DNA of 64,000 nucleotides, from the NCBI GenBank assembly GCA_947625725.1, contig CANQPI010000007.1, forward strand, positions 2,168 through 66,167, given 5' to 3'. The notes below the pieces were generated by a model. It was not told where the DNA came from, did no database searches, and was given only the letters and a program-made list of their open reading frames with translations. Every line of letters starts with the position of its first letter. The stretch's first letter is position 1. The position numbers and the translations under genes were made by a program. Source of the stretch: an uncultured Clostridia bacterium (GTDB lineage: Bacteria; Bacillota; Clostridia; Christensenellales; CAG-314). Below, piece after piece: positions 63,479-64,000 of the stretch.

Positions 63479-64000
63479 TTAAGCCAAGTTTGCTTCGCGC
63501 ACAGTTTCGCGCGCTATGACAAGTTCTTCGTTGGTGGGAATTACCAAAATTTTGACCGCAGAGTCCGCAGCCTGAATTTCGGCGATTACGCCGCGAGGAC
63601 AATGGGAGTTTTTGTCCGCGTCCAACTTGACGCCCAAGTAGTCCATATTCGCGAGAACGCCCGCGCGAACTCTGTCGTCGTTTTCGCCGATACCTGCGGT
63701 AAACACTATCGCGTCAACGCCGTCGAGAGCCGCCGCATACGCGCCGATGTATTTTTTGGTTGCGTAAGCAAACATATCCAATGCCAGACGAGCGCGGTCG
63801 TTGCCGCCGTCCGCCGCAGCCGAAAGATCTCTGAAATCGCTGGACACGCCCGAAACGCCCAACATACCGCACTTTTTGTTGAGATAAGCGAGCGTTTGAG
63901 AAACGTCCATATTTTCTTTTTTGGCGAGGTACTCCGCCGCGGCAAAGTCTATGTCGCCGCTGCGCGTCCCCATAGGCACTCCCGCAAGGGGCGTAAATCC
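63479..64000 (-). CDS. ackA: Acetate kinase, C-terminal part; 5' end lies beyond the right window edge
   Basis: The frame is open from the stop at 63479 to the window end. ..[21 protein letters not shown].. and ..[11 protein letters not shown].. are AckA motifs. Confidence 0.9.
   Translation of the reverse strand, partial: GFTPLAGVPMGTRSGDIDFAAAEYLAKKENMDVSQTLAYLNKKCGMLGVSGVSSDFRDLSAAADGGNDRARLALDMFAYATKKYIGAYAAALDGVDAIVFTAGIGENDDRVRAGVLANMDYLGVKLDADKNSHCPRGVIAEIQAADSAVKILVIPTNEELVIARETVREANLA

Noticed and set aside
1-64000. Search for CRISPR arrays, tRNA/rRNA genes, IS elements, integrases, toxin-antitoxin pairs, restriction-modification or other defence systems, and prophage remnants.
   Set aside because: None was found. 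All sizeable ORFs are accounted for by housekeeping or sporulation families. The only intergenic gap over 400 nt is the putative OLE RNA. The repeats seen are too few and too short for CRISPR, and they lack terminal inverted repeats or target-site duplications.

Overview
This is a gene-dense chromosomal segment from an endospore-forming Firmicute, probably of the Clostridia. Gene order closely follows two Bacillus subtilis blocks: spoIVB-recN-argR...spoIIIA-efp, and rnc-smc-ftsY-ffh...rpsB-tsf-pyrH-frr-uppS-cdsA-dxr-rseP...rimP-nusA-infB-rbfA-truB-ribF. I call about 75 protein-coding genes, and every one is on the minus strand. I saw no rRNA, tRNA, CRISPR array, transposase, integrase, prophage or recognisable defence genes. 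This is core housekeeping DNA, not an accessory island, and I found no convincing new multi-gene system. Many supplied ORFs start too far upstream (at the most distal ATG/GTG/TTG), so I trimmed them to starts with a ribosome-binding site or start/stop coupling. The long plus-strand ORFs are antisense shadows. Eight things deserve a second look. (1) A roughly 580-nt ORF-free, highly structured segment lies between ispA and a 4-TM protein gene upstream of dxs. This is the textbook context of OLE RNA and its partner OapA, a known but functionally unresolved RNP. (2) A 546-aa protein sits exactly where polC normally lies. It has the PolC N-terminal, OB-fold and exonuclease-like architecture, but its exonuclease catalytic residues are substituted and it has no PHP or polymerase domains. 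(3) An AT-rich quasi-palindromic element around TATGTC-W-GAMATA occurs four times, with far more similarity between copies than chance allows, and I cannot name its function. (4) A G9/C9 homopolymer sits inside the spacer of a TTGACA-18-TATATT promoter, upstream of a small Cys-containing signal-peptide ORF and rpsB. (5) Two small ORFs are notable: a 40-aa membrane peptide missing from the ORF track, and a 65-aa ORF coupled between frr and uppS. (6) A DUF1292 protein carries Cys/His-rich tails. (7) An RseC-like membrane protein is translationally coupled to a thioredoxin. (8) Several intergenic regions are structured or repeat-bearing. All homology statements come from reading the sequences by eye and from remembered family motifs. 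No database search, covariance model or folding program was run.
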